Shown here in pieces: positions 11,136 to 23,860 of a stretch of DNA of 64,000 nucleotides. Location of the stretch: positions 1 to 64,000 of the forward strand of contig NC_092671.1 of the NCBI RefSeq assembly GCF_964355755.1, read 5' to 3'. The stretch is from Antedon mediterranea (taxonomy: Eukaryota > Animalia > Echinodermata). The first letter of the stretch is position 1, and the number at the start of each line of letters is the position of its first letter. The notes under the pieces were generated by a model. It worked only from the letters and a program-made list of their open reading frames with translations, was not told where the DNA came from and ran no database searches. Position numbers and translations under genes: made by a program.

Positions 11136-14100
11136 TTATATTAACTGATGATCTTTTAAGTATTTTTTAAGGACTTGTTCAGCTTCAATTTTGCCAGCCA
11201 TTTTATTTGCTTTTCCTTGAAACAGTCCATTTTTTAACACACCTTTGCCATCCAGCAGTTCAGATATCCTGTTTGGATAAAAGTACAGTATTCATATACA
11301 GAATAAAAGGGTTTACTACTTAGAAACTGACTGAACAACATGTTTAACAAAAGTTTTAAAACAGTTAAGTACAAGAAAAATCAAGAAAACACTTCCAATG
11401 AAATGTACTAATAAATAGGTATGGCAATAAAGAATCACTAAAGCACACTACATTTAAATAACTAGATGGTACGCTCGCTTCGCTCGCGTACCATCTAGTT
11501 CGTGCCCACAGATGGTTCTCGAATACATAGTAATTTCAGCGTAAAAAAAATGGCGATTTTAAATGTACGTACGGCAGGACTATAAAACATTGTCGTTTAC
11601 AGAAACAAATAGACACAATGATTTATGTAGTCAACCACAATTAGCACCTAGAAACTTGTCACAAAATGAGTTCAAATTTGTTATTTGTACTCATTTAAAC
11701 AAACCCAATTTTGTATCTATTAGAGTTTAGGGTTTTGTATCTAACATTAGAGTTGAGCGGTGGGGATGAGGATAGGTACAAAAAGGAAAATTTTTTTAAT
11801 ATATTCTTTATAATAAATTATTCTTTATATTTCTTTATTATCCACTCAGTAACGAAATATTTTTTTATAGGCCTATAAATAATATACCACTAAATAGAGT
11901 AAAACATTTCCGATTTAATACTTTATTAAAACTGTCACTGTCTCATGGTCGATTGAAATAGTAAAGTACCTTTAAAGACCACTAATACGTTTATATTTTT
12001 GTAATTATTAATTAATACAAATGTTGAGAAACAACTGACAGTATTAAAGTATTATATTATTATGTGTTTATAATCTAAAAGTAGGGGCTACCCACACTCA
12101 CAGTGATAAAGTTTATTAGTATATTTGTTTATATTATATCTAACAGTACCAACACACTTTTGATTCAAATGGCGATCAAACGTGGTTAATACCTATTTGC
12201 AGTATTGTATAGCATTACAATACTATTTCTGTTTATTCTCCAAGGGTCTATAAATTTACCTACTTGTGTTAAACCATGGAGGTATGCAAGTATGGTTAAA
12301 CCAAATAATTTGGAATGTTCCATTCATTGCAAATCAATACATTTGTATAAACGTATATTAAATCTATCAAAATAGTATTTTTTAAAGAAAATCGGCCTGT
12401 CTTCAACATTATGATGCTGTACTCGAGCTGTTCAACCGGTTTTCAGCCATTAAAAACAATTATCGTAGGAGGAGATAGGAAAATGCGAAGCATCTTCGTA
12501 TTATTGTATGCGGGTATTTTTCACGATGGACATGCATTAGACAGTGTATACCACGATCGGAAAACACCCCTATTTGGGGCAAATCGTTGAACCTAAATTC
12601 GTTTTAATTGTCAATAACTAATTATCTGACTCAATTTAATTAGTAAACAGGGTTACATCAGGTGGTTAAAATCAGTACCGAAAGTACGAACCAACTTTAT
12701 TATACCATCGAGTAAACATTCTAGAAGTAACGCGCGATTTACCGAATTTTGCCCTTACGTAAATTTATATATAGATACAATACTGTGTTGCCATTATAAT
12801 TATTCTTACTTTGGTGCTAGAACTTCTATGGCTGCTGGTGGTGCTGTTAAAAGATAAACCCCAGAAAGTTTCTCGTCGCCTCCAGTCAGAAACATCGACT
12901 GTGCCTAAGAAATAAACATGTGTTAGGATTAGGATAATACGTAAAACAGTATTTTCATTGTGCCTAAGAAATAAACATAACAAAACATAAGATGATAGTG
13001 TGATGACCTAAAATCAAACACACAGATTTCTGTTAATTTTAGTTTTGACAACATAAGATGATAGTGTGATGACCTAAGATCAAACACACATATTTCTCAA
13101 CAAAATGTCACACACTCTTGTTCAAGTTTTAAGAATTTTACACAGCAGGTGACAATTTGTTTGTCTTGTTGTCAGATAGACGTTTACACTACAGTTACTA
13201 ACCTTATCTCCAATTGCCTTTGCTACCATGTAAAGAAACTCCATATTTGCTTCTTTTTCATATTTTACAAAGACTGGTTCTCTTTCTTTTCTCTGTAAAT
13301 AAATCTCTGCTTGCATATTTGCAGCTAGTTTTAGTAATCTTGAGGATGTCTATAAATAATAAATTAAAAAAATGTTTTTATTATTATATTATATTACAAA
13401 CATATAAATTTAAACTGTAATTGTAATTTCTTTATTAGGTCTTATTTTGCCAAATTAAAGTTTTTTTTTAAATGTTAATAAATGCACTAATAAATGTAAA
13501 GTTTGCTTAAGTACTTGTGAACTATTTAATTACAATTTGAGCTCTATAAATAATATATCAGTAACTCTTTCCTGGTAATACAGGTTTTCCATGAACCAAC
13601 CTTATTCATATCCTTTACATTTTTCTTAAGTTTTTCTACAGCACAGATCTGCTCCTCATGAGTACACCTTTCAAAGAGAATAATCAAGTACTTTTAGCAT
13701 AATGACATTTTTTTAAATACAAGAAATGTCATGGCTATAAATAATTTATAATCTCTAATACTTACTTAACATGACAGGGTATTACAAAAAAGACATTATA
13801 CTGTAAAATTTATTTATTCTACAAGGACACCTGCAACTTACTTACTTAAGTAGGTTTGTGACTGCCTTTTCTGTCTGATATGATGTTCCAAGGTATTTTA
13901 AAAGACGATCACCGGCAACAAATACAATATTTGACTTTCCCTTTTTAGCTTTTGTTAATCCTAATAACTTGATCGACTAAAACAAAGTATAAAATTAAAT
14001 GTGTTTTACTATGCTATTTGCGATGATTTTTTAACAAGGTTATAGGAAATCTGTGTGTTTCTCAATAGTACATAAATTGTTCACTGCAATGAGAAAAGTA

Positions 14101-17100
14101 CAGTAATACTATTTTTATTTCTGCCATGTGGCTTTGCTGGAAGCTTTTATGAGCACATAGCCTTACAAATACAGTTCCTTCCCAAAAATGACAACAGTAT
14201 TACTTCGATATACAGTTGACATACAGTACCTGAAGGTGGCTTAGATTTGAGACATGAGTTCCACAACACATATTAGAGTCAATGCCCTCAATCTCAACAA
14301 CTCTTACAGGTCCAACATGATCAGCTGGAAGACCCCGTGTCCGTATCTAACAAGAAAGCACTACCATTTATTTTAGGAAGATATTCATACTACAGTATTA
14401 TAACCAACCAAAACTCTCTAGTTGCTATTAAAACAAATCTATTTTTAATCTATGAAGAGCCAACATTCCCCACTATGACAATTAAAAAACATTCTAATAG
14501 CATACCAACAACAACAGCTAGAAAGAAAAGTGTCTTACCTTTTTCATTTCATCTGTTTCCGGCTCCAGAACGTGCACATTAACAGGAATTGAATTTCTAA
14601 TCTGTTCATTAACAACAGATTCAATATGAAATAGTTCATCATCAGTTACTTTAGGAGTATTCAATTCAATTGTAGACACTTTCTCTCCTAAGTTCCTTCA
14701 AAATAATTAAAAATACTGTATGTAAATAAATAAATAAATAAAGCTACGCAAACACATGTCTGACACAATTTGGGACTTTCTTCCTCATTCTCATCTCTAA
14801 ATAATATTCGCCAAATAAATAACATTTTAAAAATGTGTAACTTTTTATTAAATTTTTACTTTTATTATATTAACTTAACATTTTATAATTCTAAGAGTTT
14901 TAATATTGTTTTCAATTTGTACATTATTGTGATGATGTAATCCAATCCTTCTTTTGTTAATTGCCCCATGAGGGATGGATAAACAATATACTGTTATAAA
15001 AAAATACAAAATGAAATATTGATACTATCTTTACAGTAGTTACATATTCAAAATATACAAGACATTATATTAAAACATTTTATAATGACTCTAAATGTGA
15101 ATAATATAAGACCAATTGAGTCCAGTGGCCAAGTTATAACGGAGGATAGCCATAAATGGCACATGTTGAAGGTAATATGTGCATATTTGCCTTTTTTCCT
15201 AATTGTTGGAAATCATTGTAAATGCAATATGTGTTATATTTTTTTTATACCCAAATAAAATAAATAAATCTAAAAGTCTTTCCAGAAGGCTATGTGTGCC
15301 TATCTGGCTTGTGCCAGATGTAGAGGTCCAACCATTCTCTATCGTGGATATGAATATATTTTGTTACTACTAATCAGGACGTGCGTTTTTCATCGCTCTT
15401 TATTAAAAATGGTTCTTACCATAATTATAATACAAGATCTAAAGACAAAATGAGACTCAGAAAATGTAATCGTACTTCTACTAGTTTTACTGTGTCATGT
15501 GTGGGACCCAAATTGTGGAATGACTTGAATTACGAACTACAAAGTACCAAATCAATATATATATTTAAATCATTGTTTAAAGAACATTTATTATCATTTT
15601 ACAAATTTTAAAAATAATACTTGTTGCAGGATTTAGCTTTTTTTATTATTTATGTTTTAGTTTTTTAGGCTAGTTAGGGACATAGGGGGACACAACTAAT
15701 CAAGCTCTTTTGAGTTTTTATGTGTTTCCTTTTCATCTTTTTTATGTTCTCATATATTGTTGTTGTATATTTTCATGATTGAGGTCGAGGATGAATAAAG
15801 AATATTTGAATTTGAATTTGAATTTGAAAGATGTTGTATGTATGCGACACTGACAAGCTATTACCTTGTTTGCTAAAAATTTATTATATATTCTTGTCCT
15901 TTGATTGGACAATTGTGGGTCACATGGCATTTGATTAAACAGACTATTAAACGATGTAATACCTTTTTTTCAGCTTTTTTGTATGAAAACAAATTTTCAT
16001 GCACATACAAAAAAAATTCTGAAGGGCAACTGAATGGCGCTGCTTTTGTATGATTTTGATTTAATTAATGGGAACAACTCTACAAGACGTGGAATCGTTG
16101 GAAAAAAAGCATTAGCCTAGATCAGTTTATGGGTGGCCTGCCGATTTTATTGCACTCATTATTGTATTCATTTTATTGTATAATAATATAGAACACACCA
16201 ATCAATTATGTTCACTGAAATAAAAACGTATGTCCTGTTTTATCCTGGTACTGTAATTGCTAAATCTTTCAAGCATTTGGGAATGTATCATATATCATTT
16301 TTTTTACAGTAAAAAAATGCTCTCCGGTAAGTTACTATTATAGAGGAACAACAAAATAATTGTATTACTCAACCAAAAATAATCCTGATGACTTACCATG
16401 ATGTTGTAGGCCAAGAATACAAACGCTCTGCTATAGCAGTCACTAGATGCTGGCCTATAAATATAACAAAAAAGTGCTGATGTCGTACCCTCTTTAAATT
16501 TTTTTAAATACAGTAAATAAGTTTCATGTAAACCGGCCATGGTGAGTTTCAATTGATTTATTTCTTCTTTTATAGTAAACACTGTTTTACATATTTAGAT
16601 TATTGCTGTTCAGTTTTTGAAGGCCTTCAGGTGCATATTTTAGGCAGCTTGAAACATCCAAAAATATGCGAGAAGGATTGCCTTGTTCTTGTAGGATTTG
16701 AGGATTGTCCTAATTCCTCTATGCTGTTTAATTTATGCCCTACCTAGGAGGGTGTGTTGAAGATTTGAGGATTGTCCTTCCTCTATGCCGTTTAATTTAT
16801 GCCCTCTGGCAGTCAGGGGGAGGTTGTGTGAAAGATTTGATGATTGTCCTTCCTCTATGCCGTTTAATTTATGCCCTCTGGCAGTCAGGAGGAGGGTGTG
16901 TGGAAGATTTGAGGATTTTCCTTCTTCTATACCATTTAATTTATGCCCTCTGGCAGTCAGGAGGAGGGTGTGTGGAAGATTTGAGGATTGTCCTTCCTCT
17001 ACGCCGTTTAATTTATGCCCTCTGGCAGTCAGGAGGAGGGTGTGTGGAAGATTTGAGGATTGTCCTTCCTCTATGCCGTTTAATTTATGCCCTCTGGCAG

Positions 17101-20100
17101 TCAGGAGGAGGGTGTGTGGAAGATTTGAGGATTGTCCTTCCTCTATGCCGTTTAATTTATGCCCTCTGGCAGTCAGGAGGAGGGTGTGTGGAAGATTTGA
17201 GGATTGTCCTTCCTCTACGCCGTTTAATTTATGCCCTCTGGCAGTCAGGAGGAGGGTGTGTGGAAGATTTGAGGATTGTCCTTCCTCTACGCCGTTTAAT
17301 TTATGCCCTCTGGCAGTCAGGAGGAGGGCATCTAGAGTTTGGTATGTTTTTGTTTTTATTGGGGGGGATTCCCAGCCTTATTTGATATTTCATTTAAACT
17401 GAATTCCCACCATAACGACATTCATGGTTTCGGTTCATACATCTTTATTCCAGAACTCAATGAATGTCAAGGCTGCCAGCTCTGGTAGTCCCTTCCTCTG
17501 GATACCGACTCCTAATCACAATTTATTCGTTTTAAAACTACACTTTACAAACATTTGTTGATGATTAGTTGAATGATCTGTAAACTTGTTTTGTGAATTT
17601 CTCTTTTTAAATTTTAATATATTTCATAATATACTTTTATAATATATAGTCAATGCATACCATTTGTTAATTATCCATGTAATGGGATTTACCACAGAGG
17701 GTGAATTTGTATTTTATAATAATTAATATACCTAAAAGTCCAGACATTATTTTTTTAAATATCTACAATTCATTTTATGTTCATTTAAAACATTTACTAA
17801 ATCAGGCAAAGAAAACCATGTCCAAAAATTAGTACTGGTATATTATTTTCCTTCATGCGACTTGTTTGACCATCTTTAATAATTTAATTTAGGTTAATAC
17901 AATCATTTCCTTAATGTATTTTGTTGTACCTGAATGCTGCTGCATGTGATCAAATCGTCTTTGCCAGTCTACTTCAACCTCCACTGTTTGCCCAGCTATC
18001 TGCTTATCTGTTACAAAATGAATTGCCTTAGAACCATTCCGCCATACTTTAAATACTCTAGCTCCATTAATCTGAACTTAATAGTTAATAGGAAAAGTTT
18101 TAAAAATATGTTTAAAAACTAAAGTACAAAATACCCCAATTGTACCAATAATTTTTTTAAAGCAAATAAATAAAGAAACGTTTCGAAGCTAGCCAAAAAG
18201 CTGTATTGTCTGTGCATAATTTCAATTTTCACAAAAAGGATACTTTTCCTATGTCACTTGGCTGTTAAAAAAATAAGGATCAAACATATTAAATACTTTG
18301 AAACCAATATTGTTCTTGAATTATAATAGAGACATTACACAGGACCGCTAATAATAGTAACTATTATAACATTTGATTGGTTATTTACGTATTACATATC
18401 ATTTGGAATTAGCCCTACCTATTATGAAAAAGTGATATCTAATGGTGATTTAATGCACTCTAAAGCATGTTAAGCTTAGCCCTACCTATTATGAAAAAGT
18501 GATATCTAATGGTGATTTAATGCACAGCTCTAAAGCATGTTAAGCTTTCTGTGAACATTTTCAGATTTTTTGTCATTTATATACCATAATACTGTAGCAT
18601 ATGCATCATTCAGTAAATGTAATGCTATAGATTACTTTCGATGATCCTCTCTGTTTTGAACCTGGTCCAATCAATCCAAACTCTCTCCAAACGATAATTT
18701 TAGAGACAGTTGTTGACTTCTGGTGGTAAACTGTAATAACACAGTCAGTGCAGTGTTTTTTCAAACCAATTGTGTATAATTACCTGACCTCCACCTTCAG
18801 GAAACAATATTGTATCTTCTAGGACAACTTCAAAGCCATCTAACAATTTTTTGTCTTTCTTATCTATCTGGAAATTTGCAGGAGTGCAGCTGACAATAGC
18901 AGTATTACACTGTAAGTGAACAAAGTGATACATTTGCATACAGTACATCATAAGGGAAGGAGTGGCCAAGCGGTTAAAACAGTGGAACCGTAATACCTTG
19001 CCATATTAACATCGGCAAAACTTGAGCCTCACTCGCTCCATGGTTCAGGCGGTAGAACAGGTCTTCTGGGACTATAAAACGTAGGTCCAGTGTACACATC
19101 TGACTCATGTGCACTTTAAAGAACCTAGTACATCTTTTGAGAAGAGTAGGGGGTTACCCAGTAAACTAGTATACACACAGCCACTCATGAAGAGGGCCCT
19201 TGATTGTCAGCTAAGTTGTTTAGGATCACCCTCTATAAGTAAACAAAAGAGGGAATTTTTGTTTGATTTGAGGTTCAGTGTATTTAAGAGTTAGTACAGT
19301 AGGTTGCTCTGATAGACCAGGAAACTTGGCGACATTGCGAAGCATTTTGCAATGGGTTTGCGAAAGGATTGCCGTGCGAAGGTAGAACTTTGTAAAGGGC
19401 AACTGTTCTTTGCTAAAATCAGGATTACAAAACATGTAGTTTGTCCTATAGAGGAGCACTAGAATGGAATAATCAATCTTGATTCTGATACAACCCAAAC
19501 TGCTATAAAACTAGATTAAACAATAAGTAGAACTGCAGTATGTTAAAAAGAAGATGGATTGTAGCCTACAGTTTGTATGATCTTTATCCCTCACATTGAG
19601 GATCTTTCTTTCTGCCATTCTTGGTTTTCTCTAAAACTTGGACAAAACTTGGACCCTATACATGTATGTGAATTTGTGCAGTAAACCAAGATTTTAGGAA
19701 ATTCTATATGATTATACATAAATTCAGAACCAAATCTATCATAGCTCCTCGGATGACTCAACTTGTTTCAACTTATTATGGAAGCTGATAAGTTTTAGAT
19801 ATGAATTAAATGTGTAACCATCGAATGTAGTGGCCTCATCGTATGGCCACTCAAATTTTAAAAACAAGATTTTTTGCTCTTTCGCCACGTCATTAAATAG
19901 AGTGAATCTCTCTTTTGTGCCCGATGGACTCTCAAACCTTTAATAACATGTTTTTGCGTTAACGCCCGGGGTTAACTAGTATGTTTAAACATATTTTTTT
20001 TCCAATTTCTCAGACTCCAGGGACACTGAAGCTGCGGTGTATTGATGTAGCCCTGAGGTGAACGATCGGGAAGAATCGATCGGATTCATACTAAATTCAT

Positions 20101-22619
20101 AAAGTTTCTTGGCCCAGCAGCCGGTTCGATTAACATCAGAAAAATTCTTTCCAAGTACTAGACGCACACGAACCAACATGACTTTTCTTTTTAAATGCCT
20201 AAATTCAAAGTTTTTGAATGACGTCGGAGTTGCGCAACATGACTTATGCGCGATTTTAAGATTTTTTATGATTGATCATAGACTAAAAACCAAGCATAAT
20301 TTTGTTTTTGACACTTTGTGGAAATTGAAGTCACATCAAGGGCAAACTTTTTGTGGATAAAAAATGCGCAAAATTAATTTCTAATCACGCTGATCATGAC
20401 ATTTTGAGCATTTCAAAAATTCCCACACGCACGAACAATTTTACACGCGCAGTGTGCACGTACAGCTAAAAACATTTTTTTTTTGCGTGAATTATATTTG
20501 GGTAAACTTTTTTGGAATTACATATTCTGGAAGTTGACGAGTTGTAGATATCGGATCATGAATCAATATGGCTAACCGGACATTGTGACGTCATCATATG
20601 GCCACACGAATGTAAAATATAGGATTTTTGTCTCTTTTGTTATTGCTCATCATATTCAATGGAGCGCATCACGCCTATCTGTATTCCTTTTTTTACGAGA
20701 TTTTAATATTGTCTAGGTCAATCAACTATCTTACACATGAGTTAGTTAAATATTTTAATTTTTATGACGTCATCATGCCTAAAAATTTTAATTAAGTGGG
20801 TCATTAATTTCATCTTGACAGTAAATTTTAATCTTTTATATATAGCTCGTAAGAATAAAATGTGATAATCACAATTAAATACGTTTTCTGGAAGCTATTG
20901 GATTGTAGATACAAATTCATGTAAACATTTTGCCAATCAGATGTTGTGACGTCATCATATGGCCAGTTGAATAAAAAACGTGGTATTTTTACCTTTTGCG
21001 TCATAGTTCACATTTAAACGAGCGCACATCTATATTTTACATATTCAAATTTTTTCTACATGTTAATATGTTGTTCCTGAGATAATTTATTTATAACGGC
21101 ATATTATTCTATTAGTATTATCCTAAAACCATGCTCACGTAAGAGTGGCGGATATCGAACGTAAAAATCATCGTCATACATCATCTTCCTTTATTGCATA
21201 AACCTCATTGAGCTGGTATCCACTTGCAGGTAACTAGTTTCGTAATTTACTGCAATTAAAAAATACGCAATAGGCGCGTCTACTTGTTTAATATTAAATT
21301 ATTTCAACATTATTAAAACTTTAAACAATGGCATGCTAATCTTTTCAAAAACTTAAACAATATTCAATAACACTTTTAAAAACGATTTTCTAAATGAACA
21401 CATTACAATTATTCATTGACACCCAAGATAAATGAAAACACAAATTATTTATAAACTAGAAAGACACTCCGAGAGTGCATACCTCCGCCTACTGTAAAAT
21501 TCTCCTACATAAGATTTCTCCGTTAAAATAGATACATATATATATATTTGTGTGTGTCTTAATGCTGTTTCTGATTTAGGCTAATTTAAATACAAGCATG
21601 TGTATGCGAGTTTGGTGTAATGGTTATGTAACAAGCCTTTCAACAACAATAGCTTCAGTTGACTAACAATAGAACAGCAACGCGAAAATCAAACAAGTGA
21701 ATTTGAAAAGAAATAGGTTTTTTTAAACTACTCGCATAAAAAAACGTGCACATTAAATAAAATTATGTTTTAAAATTACAAATCAGAAATTATAACTCTT
21801 GCTTCTTGTACAAAAATGAAGTTTTTTGGACAAGTAGTTTTCGAGAAAATGCAATTGCAGTTTACTTGGTACTTTAAGACTGCTCGCCGGCTTTTGAGAA
21901 AAATTTTGTCCTATCTTTTAACACTAGCAGGTCTGAAAAGTATACTAAAAAGTGGTCCAGAATTGAGACCGTGGTCCGAAATGGTCCCAAAATTTAATGG
22001 AATGGTCCTTGACCACATATCTATCTGTACATTCATTGTGGTAAAGACCTTGTAATTACTTTTTGAGTAATCCTGCTAACAAACAAACAAACAGACAAAC
22101 ATACGCGATCGATTACATACCTCCTTGGCGGAGGTAAATAATGAGACATTAAATATTTATATTTACTGTACTAAAAAAATAATAACGATCGAGATAAAAA
22201 AATTGTTTATAGGCCTATATTAGAAATTCTATATTCAAAATTAACTAAAAACATAATTAGCGTTTTCATTAAAAATGTATCTAGTGCGTCCCATGCAAAA
22301 TAGCGTGACCGATTTCAAACGCGACCGATAGCTCTAGCGGCGCGCCATAAAAAATACCGGAAGTTGATTTTATTGCGACCAATTTCAGACGCGACCGATT
22401 TCATCTGACACCCTAGTGGTTACTAGGCCTACTAGGTCTAGGCCTAGGCTAGTACTAGTCAAATCTCCAGGGACCTAGGTCTAGGCCCTAGGCCTAGCTA
22501 GCTAGGGCCTAGGCCTAGCCTAGGCTTTTAGTAGGCCTAAAACGAAAAGGATGAGTTGTCTTGTTGCTGTATTAACTTGCCTTTTTCAGATAACTTTGTT
22601 TTTGACAAAGAAATGACAT
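11136..22619 (-). CDS. AARSD1: Alanyl-tRNA editing protein Aarsd1 (AlaX), 12 coding exons
   Basis: Exons 22619-22581, 18909-18784, 18261-18244, 18071-17930, 16454-16397, 14695-14539, 14346-14230, 13976-13846, 13667-13601, 13349-13203, 12904-12810, 11268-11136. All phases are consistent. Motifs MSFLCQKQSY, LEDTILFPEGGGQP, RRFDHMQQHSGQHL (HxxxH), DSNMCCGTHV (CxxxH) and FQGKA. Confidence 0.96.
11462..12775 (-). mobile_element. Non-autonomous Helitron (~1.3 kb) in the last AARSD1 intron
   Basis: Minus strand starts A|TCTATATATA and ends with a GC-rich hairpin (CTAGATGGTACGCGAGCGAAGCGAGCGTACCATCTAG)|T. It is inserted between A and T with no TSD. Confidence 0.85.
15380..15830 (+). mobile_element. 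3' fragment of a CR1/L2-group LINE
   Basis: HNYNTRSK...GPKLWNDL...FKSLFK C-terminal motif, AATAAA and a (TTTGAA)n tail. Confidence 0.8.
16690..17328. repeat. 72 bp minisatellite, about 9 copies, in an AARSD1 intron
   Basis: Unit ggagggtgtgtggaagatttgaggattgtccttcctctatgccgtttaatttatgccctctggcagtcagga with period 72. Confidence 0.97.
18954..19245 (+). mobile_element. tRNA-derived SINE with a Deu/Nin-like central domain
   Basis: A-box-like TGGCCAAGCGG head. The centre GACTATAAAACGTAGG..TTAAAGAACC..GAGTAGGGGGTTACCC resembles the DeuSINE domain as recalled. A second copy is at 58589-58905. Confidence 0.8.
19770..21240. mobile_element. Probable degenerate DNA-element remnant with three dispersed internal repeats
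   Basis: The motif tggaagct..ttgtagat..gtgacgtcatcatatggcc recurs at ~19780, ~20530 and ~20890. No termini could be identified. Confidence 0.4.
21455..22138. mobile_element. Helentron-associated non-autonomous element (HINE-like), family A copy 1
   Basis: Starts aactagaaagacactccgagagtgcatACCTCCGCC and ends (caaa)n..CCTCCTTGGCGGAGGTaaa: sub-terminal inverted repeat, microsatellite, no TSD. Copies at 38367 and 41645. Confidence 0.75.
22412..22540. other. CTAG/TAGGCCTA patchwork at the start of AARSD1 intron 1
   Basis: Dense non-periodic ctaggcctag-type palindromic words starting ~40 bp downstream of the first donor. Confidence 0.75.
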
Positions 22620-22887
22620 TATTTTTCAAGAAAACCCCTTGTTGTTATGGTACTATCGTTTTAAACAAGGTATAGGCCTATACAAAGAATATATTAAACA
22701 CAAGATTCTCCAGGAGGGGTGGCCAAGCGACGATGAAAACAAAATACTGTAATATGCCAGACAGAAAAGGTATATTTATTATTAGCGTCATTTCGACGAT
22801 ATCGAGAGCGTTCTCTACTTCTACGGAGCGCCATTTATGCCTTTATTTACTTCCGAAATAGAAATAGTACTACGGTAACGTAACTGG

Positions 22888-23860
22888 TTCAGTGGACCAA
22901 ATTTAGCACCAGTGGAGCACAGTGATATAAAATAGAAATAAATCACTGAATTTTAATATATTTTCGTATGTTAATACACTGTGCTCAAGTGGACCCAATT
23001 TGGAGCCAGGAGAGCACAGTGATATGAAATAGAAATAAGTCACTGAATTTTAATATCTTTTCGTATGTTAATACACTGTGCTCAAGTGGACCCAATTTGG
23101 AGCCAGGGGAGCACAGTGATATAAAATAGAAATAAGTCACTGAATTTTAATATCTTTTCGTATGTTAATACACTGTGCTCAAGTGGACACAATTTGGATC
23201 CAGTGGAGCACAGTGATATAAAATAGAATAAGTCACTAATTTTAATATCGTTTCGTATGTTATTACATTGTGCTCATGTGAACCCAATTTGGCGTCAGTG
23301 GATCACAGTGATATAAAATAGAAATAAGTCACTGAATTTTAATATCTGTTCATATGTTAATACACACTATGCTCTAGTGGACACAATTTGGATCCAGTGG
23401 AGCACAGTGATATAAAATAGAATAAGTCACTAATTTTAATATCGTTTCGTATGTTATTACATTGTGCTCATGTGAACCCAATTTGGCGTCAGTGGATCAC
23501 AGTGATATAAAATAGAAATAAGTCACTGAATTTTAATATCTTTTCGTATTTTAATACACTGTGCTCAAGTGGACCCAATTTGGTACCAGGGAAGCACATT
23601 GATATAAATAGAAATAAGTCACTGAATTTTAATATCTTTTCGTAGTTTTAATACACTCTGTGCTCAAGTGGACCCAATTTGGCACCAATGGGAGCATAGA
23701 GAAATAGTCACAAAAATACTTCTGGAATTCAAAAATATTTTAAACTTGGTATATGTTCAATATCGGTTACTCCACCGTAAACCAAAAGAAAAATTAGTTT
23801 CAAGCCATAATAATACACTGTTCTCCAGTGGATGCAATTTGGCGCCAGGGGAGCACAGGG
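22888..23860 (+). repeat. ~97 bp tandem repeat, 9-10 copies (left arm)
   Basis: agtggacccaatttgg recurs at 22891, 22988, 23085, 23182 and onward. Each unit contains the inverted pair GAGCACAGTG/CACTGTGCTC. Confidence 0.95.

Noticed and set aside
16735-17402. 216 aa and 205 aa repetitive ORFs
   Set aside because: By-products of a 72 bp minisatellite antisense in an intron, with no recognisable domain.
18630-18730. Possible alternative AARSD1 exon (VWIDWTRF-like frame)
   Set aside because: It has an in-frame stop, and the real segments are accounted for by 18244-18261 and 17930-18071.
22888-23860. CRISPR-like appearance of regularly spaced repeats
   Set aside because: Whole units repeat with no unique spacers, there are no cas genes, and the context is eukaryotic.
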